Under the pieces are notes generated by a model. The model worked only from the letters and a program-made list of their open reading frames with translations, searched no databases and was not told where the DNA came from. Shown piece by piece: positions 21,777 to 36,362 of a stretch of DNA of 64,000 nucleotides. Source of the stretch: Pseudovirgaria hyperparasitica. Taxonomy: Eukaryota. The first letter of the stretch is position 1. Each line of letters begins with the position of its first letter. Both the position numbers and the translations under genes were made by a program. The stretch is from assembly GCA_010093815.1 (NCBI GenBank), contig ML996568.1; one strand, given 5' to 3'.

Positions 21777-24009
21777 ATGTTTGTCCTTCCACCACCCCCA
21801 AGATATCCGACGAGCCAGCTCGTGGGTGTTGGTGGTCAGGCATTAATAGAGACGAACAATACATTGACGAAACCGTCCGGTTCCGAGTTTCAACTAGTCG
21901 TCGGTGAAGGTATCCAAATCCGAATGTGTTCACAAGGAATTTGTACTAACAGATCGTCCCAGGTACTTACGTTCTTCGAGACGAGCTCTATCTTGCAACA
22001 CCTCCTCCTCATCCATCGGAAGCTCCAGTCCATAACCCTAATCCGCTGGCTACTACTATCGCACCTCCAACAGCTGGCGTAAGACTGTCCCTCACTATCC
22101 TAACTCCTCGGCAAGGATATGTATCAAGCCTTTACAGATCAAACACTACAAATAGAACAGTTTCGCCGTTCCCTGATAGCATACAAGAGCATCCGAATGA
22201 ATCCCAGAGTCAAGCCAGCGATGCGGGATCACACTTACAGGCCAACGGCTCTCATAACCATTCATACGGACGAAGTACCGTCTTTGGAGATGGGAATCCT
22301 GCATTGGCAATACCCGTGGGAAAGGACTCGAAAGATCCCTCAAAGAAGAGAAAGCCGAAGAGTAATATGATTAAAAGCAACTCGTCTTTCGTTTCACGGG
22401 TCATACCACATGATGCGTTGACTAAACGCCTGAACGAGCGTTCGCCAGAGGGCATAATGGCTTTTGCGAACATAAATCGCGCCCTACAATGGCTTGATCT
22501 ATCTTCATCGACAACATTCCCAAAGGAAGAACATTTGACAAAGATACTTTTCACCAAAGCTCACCCTCTATGTCATGACATCAACCAAATCACGAAGAGC
22601 ACGACTCATATTGATCTCGTCATGGGGTTTTCGACTGGTGATGCGATATGGTACGAGCCAATTACCCAAAAGTATGCGAGACTGAACAAAAATGTACGTT
22701 TGGGTGCATATGCGTCGCGATTTTTGAGCTGACAAGTGATAGAGCTCAATCAATGGTTCTGCCATGTCTTGTATTCAATGGATACCTCATTCTGAGAACA
22801 TGTTCTTGGCTGCTCATATGGATGGATCTTTGGTAGTGTACGACAAAGAAAAGGAGGATTCGCCTTTCATAGCGAAGGACACACCGACGTCCGCCGTTGA
22901 CAAGCCGGCTGATCCAGCGCATCCGATATTGTCCGTCAAGAAGTCAGTCCAGTCGAGTAACCAGAAAACAAATCCTGTGGCCTATTGGAAGGTGTCCAAT
23001 TCGAGAATCAATGCATTTGCCTTCTCCCCCGATGATCGTCACCTTGCAGTAGTGTCCGAGGACGGCTCTTTGCGTATAATTGACTTCCTCAAAGAGACGT
23101 AGGTGTCGGTCTCCTTCATCTACCTGATGCAGTACACTGACTATGCTATAGTCTCTTAGATGTTTACTCAAGCTACTACGGCGGACTGATGTGCGTGTGT
23201 TGGTCACCCGATGGAAGGTACGTCGTGACAGGGGGACAGGACGATTTGATCTCAATATGGTCGCTGGAGGAAAGTGCGATTGTCGCACGCTGCCAAGGTC
23301 ACAACTCTTGGGTAACGGCCGTGCAATTCGATCCCTGGAGATGCGATGAGCGCAACTATCGTTTTGGGAGTGTTGGGGAAGACTGCCGGCTGCTGCTCTG
23401 GGACTTCAGCGTCGGCATGCTCCATCGACCTCGAGCAGTAGGTTTCCAGTCGATCTCGTGAATCCGCGAGCACAGTCCCGGGAAACTGACAGATAACGCC
23501 TAGGTAGCTGGTCGACAAGGAAGCATTACCTCACCGCTACCCGGGAAGATCGCCGGACGGCTTCGTTCGAGTTCCAATTTAACGTCCGTGAGTATAAATG
23601 GAGATGAAATCGTGCATCCAGTGGAGTCCAGAGCACGGACAGCTATCCTTCCGCCAGTCATGGTATACACTTTCAATCCTCTTGCCCTTATGGGACCCAG
23701 TTGACATTTCTTATAGGCCAAGACGATAGATGACCATCCGCTAAGCTGGCTGAGTTTTGAGAGCGACTGTATCGTCACTACATGCAAGAACGGTAAGCTG
23801 CCTTGTGTGATGCGGTTCCATGGTTCAGGCCGCTAAAACTGTTGGGCGATCCGGTCTGGCAGCTAGTCGCGCCATCCGATAAGCGATATCGGCTGTGGTC
23901 ATGAAGAGGGCACTCGAGCATATGCGCCTTTGCTGATTGCTAACGATTCGACGCAGGTCATATACGCACTTGGGATCGACCTAAAGACAGCAGCGAAGAG
24001 CCGATCTAA
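21777..24009 (+). CDS. creC: Catabolite repression WD40 protein CreC
   Basis: [75 protein letters not shown] and GHIRTWDRP; multiple introns. Confidence 0.95.
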
Positions 24010-25561
24010 TATACAGGTACACCACGCTAACTTGTAGCCCGACGATTGCCATATATGACTGCAGACTCCAAATGCTGTTGGCAGTAACGAAGACAGGCCC
24101 CATGCTTCACTCAGCCGCCTTTACGTACGGGCATAGCACGGTATTGATTTTTTATCGTTGCAGTAGTGGCAGAATAAAGGCCGCATCATGATCGATGTGC
24201 GATAGAGGCACAAGCGGAAAATTTTGTAGATAAGCGGGCACCGAAGTCTGACGCCACGCCACTATTAGACTATCAGGCTATCAGAATGACAAGGATGTAA
24301 GAGACTTTACAGACAAGTGGCGCTTGCGGGCGCGAGCGTCTGAACAGCACGCCGAGATTGCTTGATCCAAACTGCTGACAACTCTTTATTGTTTGCTATC
24401 AGCCGCGGTTGAGGTCTCCGGGCCAGGTCATCAAACTTTCTCCCGTGATCATTGATAGTAACACGTGAGTAGAGAAGGTGCTCACAGCAACAACCCTTGT
24501 TATGTAGCTCTAGAATAAATAATACATCCAAGTACTGCGGTATGACATATGCATTCGCATGCACGTCGATCCACTGTCTTAACTAACACTGATTAGCTAA
24601 AGGGCAAAACATCGGGCAAGTTGGAGGCGGACCCTTCAATCATCGTAGGTACATGATACATGTTACTTGATATATTCACAGATATGGCTCACACCTTGGC
24701 GCCAACGCTCCCTGCCCCGAGACGCGCCTCTTGCTCACTTCCTCAGCCTACCATCCAGCAGCTATTCGGGCGAACCCCGTCAATTCAGTGACCTCGTCAG
24801 GTCAACGAGCCGAACTATAGTGCCCGCCGCCAGGCGTTGAGCTGCTTGAAGGGGGCGTGGAGACAAAGGCTAATCAACTCGTTGCAGACCCTCAACATTC
24901 CTGGCGACTGGGCATGTCACGTAATGAGTGATCATCCAAATCTGTGGGCGAAGAAGGCCCATTCTTTGCGGGAACTAAGAAGTTTGAGTATGTCTGTCTA
25001 TGCTTCACAAGCCCGTCTCCCGCCGCACCGCAAACCCACTCGGCCGTGTGCGTCCATCACTGGACCTACAGAGTGTGTCTTGACTCTTGGTCCTCGTGCT
25101 CATCTAACAGGGCTGCGCCTGCAGCTTCCACGTTGTCTTGGCTATCTTACTTCTCACCTAGGTGCGACTGTTTCAAATTATCATTTGTCTCTTGCAAGCT
25201 CAGCCTCGATTGCACTTCCCACGTCATTCAACACCCAGCCTCTTGCACACGGGCTTCTATCGCATTCGCATTCTTGCGTCTGCTGCCACAAGCATTACTT
25301 GCTTGCCTTGAGCAAACACCTGACAATTCAAAGTCCTGTTGCCTTATTAATTCGCAATCTTGACCACTATCACCCTCGTTCAACCATATTACAGTTCAGG
25401 AAAACAAAGATCTTTACGCAGTCTCCTGGGACTTGCTGTGGTCTCATTCACATTCAGTGTGCTTCTGCTTCGCTGCATTCGGAAAACATTCCCGGTGGTT
25501 AATAATCCAGTGAACATATATTCTACATTGCTCTAAAGTATCAGAAGATCTGTAGCCAGAT

Positions 25562-27489
25562 ATGGTGCGGACTCCAGTCTTTGGCACACAGACAAAGCCT
25601 ATATTAGAAATTCAGTAAGCACTCGCACACCATGTGCGTACTGTCTAGCAAGTAACTAACAAATAGCTCTCATCAGTCCATCCTCCCCATTTGTCGTTCT
25701 CTATGGGTCCCCAGCCGAGGCGCAAGCGACCGAGCTCACGGGTAAGCTTGTTCTAACGAACCCTGACTCCATGCCAGTGAAGGGCATAAAAATGTCCTTG
25801 GTAGGAATAAGAAAGGTGCAATGGATCACCAATACGGTGACACCACAGCATGTGACAAAGAAAACCACATTCTTGAACCAAGAAGTGCTCATATATCCTT
25901 CGGAAGGCTCGGCCAAGTCAGCCCATAGGATTGGGGCTGGTATACATGAGTGGTCCTTCAAGTTTGAAATTCCTGGGAACACTGAGGAGAGCGTTGAAGG
26001 GCTATCCATGGGCTACATTGTATACAACCTTAATGCATCGGTACAGAGAGGTGTGATGACGAAAGACCTCATGGCCACACAGCACATCCGTGTAATACGT
26101 ACACTAGGACAAGACGCTATGGAGTCTATGCCCTTAGAACAGGTCCGTACTCCAACAGCTATAGGTGAAGTCTAAGTGCACTGCTAACGTTCCCAGATCA
26201 ACGAAGATATCTGGGCGCAAAAGATTGCTTACAAGATCATCGTCCCACAAAAGAATTATATTGTGGGAACGCCAATAACGGCTGACTTCACTTTAGTCCC
26301 TCTCAAGAAGGGGCTCACCATTGGGAAAGTCAAGATGGAGGTCATAGAGCACCTTATTCTTACTGCCGATGCAGGCGGTTACTCGAGAGCCTCACAGCAC
26401 ACTAGGGAGCTAGCTGTAGAAACGATGGAGCAAGAGATGCCGTCGACTGCAGAGAGATTGAACACTCCGGAGATGGAAGCGCTCGGACCGGACTCACTTG
26501 TGGACGAGTGCTACAAGTTCAAGACTACCCTAGATTTACCGAAGTCTTTACGGTATTGTCGTCAAACAGTCGATACGGAAAACATCAAGATCATCCACAA
26601 ACTGCGGATTTATGTAAATCTTCATAACCCAGAAGGCCACGTTAGCCAGGTATGTCCCTGTCTCGACTAATAGCATTGGTACTCAACTAAACACGCCCAG
26701 TTATTGGTGAAAAACCATCTACATCTTTTCATATCGCCGAACCTGCCACCAAATGAGGACCAAAGTGTGGTTGTAGATCCTGCCATACTCGCTTCCACGG
26801 CAGTGGCAGACGAGGTCATGCAAGCAGCACCACCACTTTACGGACGCCACCAGCTTGACTCACTGTATCATGAGATTGATCCCAGTGACTTCCACAGCCA
26901 GCCAGCCAGCGTCGTCCACACGCCGTTCCAGGCTCTGAGTCGAAATCCTTCAAACGAGCACCTTCAGACGTCCATCGATAGTGTCGCAGACGTAGACCAA
27001 GAGGCCTCTGCGAGCGTGCTACATTCACGACTGGTCACACTGCGTCTAGATCAAGACGCATCTGATCGCCCGTCCGCACCGCAACGTTCAGGTTCACAGC
27101 ACTCCTTCCACACAACTTCTCACACAAGTACTCCATCAACTGCTATAGATTCTACTCGCTTGCCAGAAGCTACGAGTGGCTACTTTCCAGATCAGGATCG
27201 CTTGGGATTTGACATGTCTGCACTATCCCGAATTCCAAGTTACAATACGGCAGTACGAACACCGCTACCGACGCCCCTAAGTGAAGACCTACCAACGTAT
27301 GATTTGGCAACAAGCCAGCCTAGTAGTCCAAATGTAGTGGCTACGATGCCGCGAAGTGAACGAAACTCTCCTTCGTCATCCGTGGGAAGCCCTGATACGT
27401 TACAGAATGCGACGTTACGAAATACGCATTTGAACTCGCGCCGAGGATCACCAACTGGGTTCGACCTGACAGATGGAGCTCGGAGGTAA
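25562..27489 (+). CDS. creD: Arrestin-like ubiquitin-ligase adaptor, CreD/Rod1 family
   Basis: Arrestin N/C domains (FEIPGNTEESVEG, HIRVIRTL, HLFISPNLP), PPLY/LPTY motifs and LSRIPSYNTAVRT; three introns. Orthology versus paralogy is unresolved. Confidence 0.8.
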
Positions 27490-28638
27490 ACGATTCCTGT
27501 ATGTTGGTTTATAACTGTCGGTGTGCGTAACGCGCACCGTTAGCAGCAGGTACAGGCGATCAGGTTCTTATAGCGTTTCTTTCTTTTGACTCATCAGTAG
27601 TTAGATACTTACATTGTTGCGAGCGTAGCATTACTTTCCCTTCGGCGCCATCATCAAGCATTGTATCATTCTGCGGCGAACAATCGGCGAACATCCTGTT
27701 ATATCCCCACACTCCTCTCATCACATCAGAAGCTCCTGCCTCTCTGTCAAGGTCAGGTCGTTTTCGGTGGCTTTTTGATTTCCATATACCTTTCGAGTAA
27801 CGTTGTGCGAATAGATGATTCGATAGACTAAATACAGTAATTGACTGTATACTTTGTGCGGGCGACAAATGCCGACGATACGAGAGCACCCAGAGCTGGG
27901 CAATCTAGAAACTTGAAGAAGGCAATGGAGAGAGGCATTCCATAGTGTGTGATGACGAAATAGTAAATCTTGTGCATCCTCAATGCCAGGCTAATACTGG
28001 GGATTAGCGGTACCTCTACTTCAAAAGCCGCGGATGATAACAAAACACACCTATGCTGCACAGCCACCACTAAGTTAGGGTTCACGATCTTGCGGGCACT
28101 TGCCACAGGCGTCAGGATCGAAGCATTTTCTGAGATTAGCGCGACTTTGGGAGGTCTTGTTCCCTGAAATGCAGGATCTAATGACGTAGGATAGCTGCCG
28201 ATCACGCGCTGGGCAGGCTAAAGGGCCAAACGTGCTCACGGCCTTCTCAACACCCGCAACGAAGCGATCTGCACATGGAGCTGCACTGGCGCTGCTTGGA
28301 AACTTATATGGTAGAAGTTTTAGCAAGAGACGAGAGAAATTGACCAGTCTCCTTGAGGTATATAAAGGGGTGTTGGCTTTGCTATCCACTGCCCCTCTCC
28401 ACTCTTACGCATACCTTAATCTTAATTAAGACCCCCAATCCATCGCGACTACCTGCGAAAACAATTTCATCACTTGCGCTCCACCCTAAGGCCATCCCCT
28501 GGACATTGCTCTTTTTCTCCCTCCGCAACCCCACCACCCTCCTATTGTTTGCTATCCCGAAACGCAAAACCACGACCGGGCCCTAATAATTATACAACGA
28601 CCATCCTTACTATACATCATCCATCCTTCACAGGGAAT

Positions 28639-30138
28639 ATGGCAACCCCTACCAGCCCCACCAACAATGTCCCTTTCCGGACCACTACCGCCATGACCGA
28701 CGAAGACTGGACACCGGGCGAGGATACCAGCGAGGTGACAAAGCTATTTCATGAGCGATTGCAGGCCTGGAAGCATGCTTGCGGCTATCTTGAAGACTAC
28801 ATTGGTGCAACAGAAAAGCTGCATCATAGTCAGGCAAAGGACTATGAAAAAGTGCTTAAGACCGTGTCAAATCCACTAAAGGAGGGGCACCACTTCGCCC
28901 AGGACCTTGGAGGCATTGCCGGCATGTTTGACAACATTAGGTCTAATACACAGGTCAGTATCGATATCTCGAAAAATTGCAGAGCTAATGCTAACTCATC
29001 ATAGGGCATCGCTAAGTCTCACACCGATACCGAGAAGACCTTGAAGGGTTCTGTGCTCCCTGTCTTCGAACGTCTCCATACCGAGATCAAGAACAAACAG
29101 AAAGAACTTACTAAAGGTGCTGGTAAAGGCAGTAAGAATGTGGATAAAGCACGAACCGCGTCTCAGAAACACATTGAGAAATTGGGTCAACACACTGCTA
29201 CATTTGACTCTGCAGGCGGCAAGATGACTGCTGCTAATGACCCATACGTCCTGAGACGTGGTGTGATGCACCTACTCAACAAGCAGATCATCGAAGAAAA
29301 CAATAACCGTACAGACATTATCGCTGTACAGAACAGCTTCTCTCAATTTGAAGCACATGTCATTGCCACTCTTCAAACGGGTATGGGTCAATTTATGCAA
29401 GTAGTCAATGGCCAGTCTGAGCAGCAGAAAGCCATCTTTTCAGACATTACTGCAACCTGTCAGCGCATAGCACCAGACTTCGAATGGAACGGCTTCGTAC
29501 AGAGGAACAACACGGTACTGATTGACCCGAGTGCTCCTCCACGGACCGTTAACGATGTTGCCTTCCCTAACGATCGCCATCGCGCGACCCAGCCGATGAT
29601 TGCGGGCTCACTGGAGAAGAAAGGCAAACTGCTCAAGAAGTATGACACAAACTATTACGTTATCACGCCGTCCAAATTTCTCCACGAATACAAAACCGAT
29701 GACGACTTCCAGAAGGAACCAGCGCCGGAGATATCTTTATACCTGCCCGACTGCCTGGTCGGTGCTGTCAACGGGCAAAAGTTCAATGTCAAGGGGAAGG
29801 ATGTGTCTGGCAGCAGCATTGTCAACAAAATGAGCATATCGCACGAATTTCAGTTCAAGGCCCATACTCCCGCAGACGCCGAACAATGGTATGAAGTCAT
29901 CAAAGCGGCGGCGGGTAACAGCGCCGTATCCACTGAGCTTGCACCCACCGTAAGCGACAGCGCTCCAAGCAGCCCAGCGGTTGCACAAGGGGAGGCTGTT
30001 ACAGCTGAGAAGCAGTCAACACCGTTGACTACCACCGATCTGCCACCAGATACAACTACAGCCGCTACTCCAGTTGTTGCCACCGGTGACGGTTCTGCAC
30101 CTGTAAGCGGTGTTGAGGGAAAACCTGGTCAATACTAG
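28639..30138 (+). CDS. BAR + PH domain protein (Slm1-like)
   Basis: ERLQAWKHACGYLEDY, helical BAR-like region, DPYVLRRGV, and PH domain YYVITPSKFLHEY...SLYLPDC...AEQW; intron 28954-29003. Confidence 0.85.
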
Positions 30139-30813
30139 TGCGTACTCCATGAAAGACGTGCATCAGTTTGAGGAAGCAAATTGTAGACACTTATACCCTC
30201 GCTTTGTTGAAATTTCCCCGACATCAACTCATGCAGGCGCAGGTATCGAGAGGAGGTCATTTGCTATATAGGATAAATAGTGTTTAATGGATTTTGCTTG
30301 CAAACTCCCTCATCATGTAAGCTATGTTCAATTATTAATTGTATCGAATGACCACGTTGCACAGTGAGCGTATGTTCCACGCCAAACACGTCCTTGGCTT
30401 CAAGTTAAAAGGTAGCGATACGCTTTCCACTCTCGTGATTCCTAGTGTACGCGACTGTTGTACAGTCAATCGTGTTGAGCTCCGTTATCTACATGCTTCC
30501 CTTTGGACATGGTCTCGCGCTTAACGTTATTGATCATGTTGAATGGATCTAGTTAATACCCGACGTCGACGGGGAGTGGAGTTAGGACATAGTGGGAACA
30601 TAGCGTAAAGCCACGATAAGACGGGGGAAGGAATCTGGTATATAAGTGACTTTTAGATTGCAACCCCTTGATTTCTCTTTGAGATCTCGCTCCTACTTTC
30701 CGTCCAAAGCTTCCGTATTGCGGAGTCCAACGTTCCCCGCTGCACAGGCCCTACTCGCAATACGTATTACTAGACTTAGACGATTGAACGCTAGACACTT
30801 CACGTGGTACATA

Positions 30814-31762
30814 ATGGCACAGATTCTTGAGTCACCACCCTTGAATGGTTCGGTGCCCCCCCTTTAATGCTTCAAAAAAGAAAAGCAGCATGCTAAGAAC
30901 CACAGGCAAGACATTCACACGCACTCTACCCAACGATACATATGCCTACATCACGCCGCAGCCTAGCTCCATGAGCTCGCGCTACGTCCTTATTACCGGT
31001 GCGTCCGGCGTCCTCGGGCGTGCCATGGCTGTTAGCTACGCAAAAGCAGGCGTCGCCGGCCTCGCTCTCAGCGGCCGCAACATGAGCGCACTCAAGCAGA
31101 CCGCGGACGCCGTGACAGCGCAAGGGAAATGCGAACTTCTTCTCCTCACGGCAGATACGACGTCTCAGACTGATGTGGAGCGTATGGCGGAGGAAGTCAA
31201 GGAGAAATGGGGCAGGCTGGATGTGCTAGTGAATAACGCAGGCTTGATGGAGACGCCGAGGAAGATTGCGAATAGCGAGCCAAGCGAGTGGTGGAAGACG
31301 TTTGAGGTAAATGTGTTTGGTACGTTTCTGATGTGTCGTTCGTTCGTGCCGCTCCTCCTCGCGCCGTCAGCGTCGATGGGCCTCAAGACAATTGTGCAGA
31401 TTTCGTCTGGGGCGGCGCATGTCTTCACGCCGGGGGCTTCCGCGTACCAGAGTAGTAAGACATGGCTTCTTCGTTTCAATGACTTTCTTACCGCTGAATA
31501 TGCAGATGAAGGGCTGTTGGCGTACAGTGTGCATCCGGGTGGTGTCGCTACCGAAGTGAGTAAAAATCTGCCCGAAGAGACCAGGGGAATATTGAACTGC
31601 ACACCTGAATTAGCAGGGGACAGTGTAGTGTGGTTGAGTCGCGTCAGGAGGGACTGGTTGGCAGATCGGTATGTGTGTGTACAATGGGACATGGAGGAGT
31701 TTGAGAAGCGTAAGGAAGAGGTCGTCGAGCAAAACTTGTTCAGAGTTAGGCTAAGAGTGTAG
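30814..31762 (+). CDS. Short-chain dehydrogenase/reductase
   Basis: LITGASGVLG, DVLVNNAG, YQSSK and HPGGV; likely intron 30848-30906. Confidence 0.9.
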
Positions 31763-32059
31763 AATATGTGGATGCGTATTCTTATTCCCTGAAGACAGCT
31801 CTGCTGTAATCTTGTCTAGTCATATATGCGTCAGAATCTTGACTATGGTTGGGCTCAGGGACCGTACAGTCGCTTTGTCGCTACAATCCGGACATGACCG
31901 ATATCGCGCTACAAACTCAGTTGTATTCGCGATTCGTATTATGCGCGCTGGTGCACCACCATTATTGCCTTCACATCTTGGCCCTTTCTTCCAAGCGGAC
32001 CTCCCACATGCGATTTCATGGGGATGACCAGGTTTGTATCCTATCCGTAAACCAAGACT

Positions 32060-32747
32060 TCATGCATACATATCATCCCACTCCTCTTCGTCGTCGGCAG
32101 CATGTGGGGTCTCCACCTTCTTCTCTGGCTTCTTTGGGGTATACACATCTTTGCGGTCCAATGGACAAGTGGTGTTGAGTTTGAGCCATGGCTGTATACA
32201 TTCCAGGTCAAACATGTGATCTTTATGGCACGGCAAACGAACGACGAGAATGTGTTTGTCTATACACGAACTATGTCAGGCAACACTTTGGAACGTGTAC
32301 TAGGAGAACAAACCGTCAAGGAAGGCGTTGCCACAGATGGGGCAATCATCGTCCGGTTTCAATTTCTTGCGCTCAACTCTTTCTAGCTCGTCAAAGAAGC
32401 TATTGGGCACACCCTTCAATTCTGCTTGCGGATGATCAGCAGCGGACAAGAGCTGCTCGATCATGGGCTCGAGAAGTGCCGAAACGTTTGGATTGTCTCT
32501 CAATATATGATTATACGCATCCGCAAGGAGAAGATGTGGTGCCGCTACATGGTCTGGCTCCGGCGATGCATGTGCTCCTCTACCTGACGTGCTGTAGTCA
32601 AGTTCTGAGTAGAATGAGGACAGGTCTGGTCGATCGATATGCTTGGATTTTGACTCGTCGGACTTGATGCCGTGTTCGACTGGGATTACATGAGCGCGGA
32701 ACACGGAATGGAAGGAGCATATTTGTGGTACCTTCGTATTCCGCCAT
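32060..32747 (-). CDS. Small RING-H2 finger protein (E3 ligase-like)
   Basis: Spliced model gives CPIC...VVRLPCHKDHMFDLECIQPWLKLNTTCPLDR; two introns. Confidence 0.9.
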
Positions 32748-33059
32748 GATTCGTGGATCCTAAAGGGTAGTCAAAGGTGTTAGAGCGTTTCTTTGCTCAA
32801 ACAAGGACGCGAGTTATATTCATGTCGTTTACTGGTAGGCACTGACCGCACGCGTCACCAACAATGGATCAGGGTCCAGCCGAGCCCGAAGCTAGCTGGC
32901 TGACGCCCAGAAAATCTGGCCGAACCGACTGCGCCAGTTCTCTACGTCTAACATCGGCGCTGTAACAAACGACAGCTGCAAGCCCCCGGCAGACTGCTGA
33001 AAGCTGTATCGTTGCACATACAACGATGTGCCACGGTAATCTTCGACAGCCAGTTCAGT

Positions 33060-36000
33060 ATGACGGGGTCACCGGTGCCTCATACCAACGGTGGAGGTCC
33101 GGTACAGCTTCCCTCCCCGACTCTTTCTCCCGTGCTTGAGAGGCCATCCACCATAACAGAAAAGTCCAACGGGGCAAAGAGTGGAATAATAGGCGAAAAT
33201 ATGACAACATCAAGAAGCAGTGTCGTGTTGCAAGCTGAAAACATGGACGAAAATCGAAGCTCCGAGGCATCTCCCACAACGAACGGGCCAAGAAACGAAC
33301 ATGATACGCACCATGCAATGATAGAACAGCGGAAACGTAGCATCGAGCGGAATACATCAGGTGTTTCTGGCAGCGATGATCGCGAAAAGGTTCTGAAGCT
33401 CTCGCCAGCACAGATTCAAGAGCTGACCTCGGAGCCTACCTCGCTACCACTACGCGCCGTCGGCAACATCCCAGATATATCATTGGTAGACTCTTCGATT
33501 AGGACGAACGAAAACAAAACGCAAGGTGCTATGGAGTTGAGTCAAAGTACAGATAAGGGAGTTGCTGAAAATGGGCACAAGGAAGCTATTCTCAAGCTCA
33601 ATCTAGACACCTCGTCATCTGCCTTAAGTACAGAGGAAACCTCCGCCAAGGCTATGAGTGCGAGACGGCTGGAAATTGAAAACATGAAGTCGCCAATTGA
33701 GTCTTCTAAGGCACGTCCGGCTCTGGCCAGGAACTATTCAACTCCCCCAGTTTTCAAGCGCAAACCTTCGAGTCGGGCGCAGGGCTCATATGTTGACTCT
33801 CAGCCACGAAGTAGCAGACCTGTGCCTCCACCATTACATATAACTGGGGAGAAGCCCATCGCAGGATCTACTGGTAGTCTGAAGCCACCCTTGGTTGCAG
33901 ACCCTATAGGATCTCCTATGCCTCCTAGCATCCCTTTGCCACCCTTATCGATACCTACGTATCTGCAGCTAGAATTGGCTGCAGACCGACCCTCCCCCCT
34001 GTACATCTATCGTCCTGCCACGAGCGATTTCCCATACGAATCAGCTAGAATTAAATACGAGCGACTTCTAAACTTTCTACTACTTCCTCCTCAATTAGAG
34101 CAAACCATTGTCTTCGGCTTTTTCGCATGTCTAGACGCCTGGCTATATTCCTTTACGATTCTTCCTCTGAGATTCTTCAAAGCGCTATATGTGCTAGCGG
34201 ACTGGATGGTCAGGACGATAATCAAAGAATTCAAAGATATCGGTAGCTTCATTTACTGGGGCATAGGTCGAGTATGGCAGCGCAGACGATTTTTAGACGT
34301 GTCAGCTCCCCCAGCGCATACGGAGGAAAAATCTTCCATACGAATCCCACCCCCTTCAAGAAGACCATCACATGCCACAACACTACCATCTCCAAAGCAT
34401 TTGTCTATGGGTACAGAGCCGCGCCATGAAATTACACTGCCTGAACAGTCGCGGAGATCAAGCCGAAGCTCAACATTTAGGCATAGAAGGACGAAGTCTA
34501 AGCCATCACTTCTTATGCCTACACACAAGGCAGACATATTGAAAGGCCTTTTGGTCATAGCGAGCTGCTTCATACTCATGCGATTAGATGCCAGTAGAAT
34601 GTATCACTCTATTCGAGGTCAGGCAGCAATCAAACTGTACGTGATCTACAATGTACTCGAGGTGAGCGCGGTGAACGATTTGCAAAATCAACTTAGTCTA
34701 ACATGATCTCAGGTATGTGACCGTCTGTTTTCGGCTCTAGGTCAAGACGTGCTCGAATGCCTCTTTTCAAGAGAAACCCTCGAACGCAACCCGGATGGCC
34801 GAAGCAAAATTCTCCGACCGTTCTGGATGTTCCTCCTCGCCTTGATTTATAACGTAATCCACTCGACCGCCCTTTTTTACCAAGTCATCACTCTCAATGT
34901 GGCTGTCAACTCATACTCAAACGCTCTTTTGACACTGCTCATGTCTAACCAATTCGTTGAGATTAAGGGAACAGTGTTTAAGAAGTTCGAAAAGGAGAAC
35001 TTATTTCAGATGACATGTGCCGACATCGTGGAACGCTTTCAATTATCTTTGATGCTGTCGATCATCGTCCTACGGAACGTGTTCGAGGTTGGTGTTCTCG
35101 GTTTGAACTCCAGTACAGCAGGTACTGGGTCAGCCTTTAGCAGCAATGCCACTACTGCTAGCTTCAAGGGCTCAAGCATTATCCCAAAGAGCTTCACTGT
35201 GTTCCCAAATATCGGCGGGCAGGTCTTCGGCCCGTTTCTGCTCGTTTTAGGCAGTGAATGCTTAGTCGACTGGCTCAAGCATGCTTATATCACGAAGTTC
35301 AACAACACCAAGCCCGCTGTATATGGCAGGTTCTTAGATCTTCTTGCCAAGGATTACTATTCTCACGTAAGTAGTAACACGTAGACAATTTATGGACTGT
35401 ATGCTAAGAAATCGTCAGGCTTTCGCAGATCAAAACCTTACGAAGCGCCTCGGACTACCTGTCCTGCCTCTGTCTTGTCTATTCATCCGTGCAATAGTCC
35501 AAACATACCGAATGTTCATCGAAACTCACATGCCCATTCCCCTCGCGTCGACTGTCACCGGCCTTACAGCCGAGTCCGCATCAACGAGCTCGCCTGCTAC
35601 AACAGCTGCTTTGGCCCATATTGACCAGGTATTCCGCCGCGCTCTTGGACGATCATCCTTTGGTGCTGGCATGGGTGATGTAACATCGAGTTTTAGTTGG
35701 TGGTCGATGGATGACCTCATTGCATTCGCTACGATGTTGGTCGTGTGGCTACTTGCGTGGTTTGTGCTGCTGTCAATCAAATTGGTGCTCGGGATGCTTC
35801 TTTTGAGCTTTGCACGGAAGCGATATACGCGGATGAAAGAAAAGGAGAGATTGGCTGTAGATACAGGGGGCAAGAGAATTGGCGGATGGGGTGTGGTGGA
35901 GGTTGACGATGATAAGAGGCGATGGGTGTACGTCGAAGATAAAGAGGGGCTACAGAAACTAAGGGACAGGGACGCCAGGGTGAGAGAAAATGAAGAGAAA

Positions 36001-36066
36001 GGATGGGATGGGAGCGAATTGAATGGCGTCAGTAGGTATTCTATGGTCGCTAAGAGAATATGGTAG
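33060..36066 (+). CDS. EMP65: DUF747 membrane protein (Tapt1/Emp65)
   Basis: FFACLDAWLYSFTILPLRF, DASRMYHSIRGQAAIKLYVIYN, SNQFVEIKGTVFKKF, DWLKHAYITKFN and RYSMVAKRIW; two introns. Confidence 0.93.
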
Positions 36067-36362
36067 CATTCTATTCAGCTTTAGGCACATGCCTGGAATA
36101 CAATAATTGCGAAGGCGCACAACATAACACATGAAGCCGCATCGACATGTATCTGTCCCCAAACGAATAGTCCAACCTGATCATAAATGCAACCCTTGTC
36201 GGATGGATGATCGGGGATTCTGACGAAATGACGTCCCCCTTGTGGTACAAAATCTAGGACTCGAATATGCATTGATAGGTTGTCTAAATAATTATATAAA
36301 CCAAAAATCTATTGCAGGCAATGGCCCTGACCGCTTGCTCTACACCCCAACGAGGCAAAAGA

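Noticed and set aside
24837..25502. 221-aa ORF upstream of the arrestin gene
   Set aside because: TTG start and C/T-rich composition typical of a long 5' leader or promoter.
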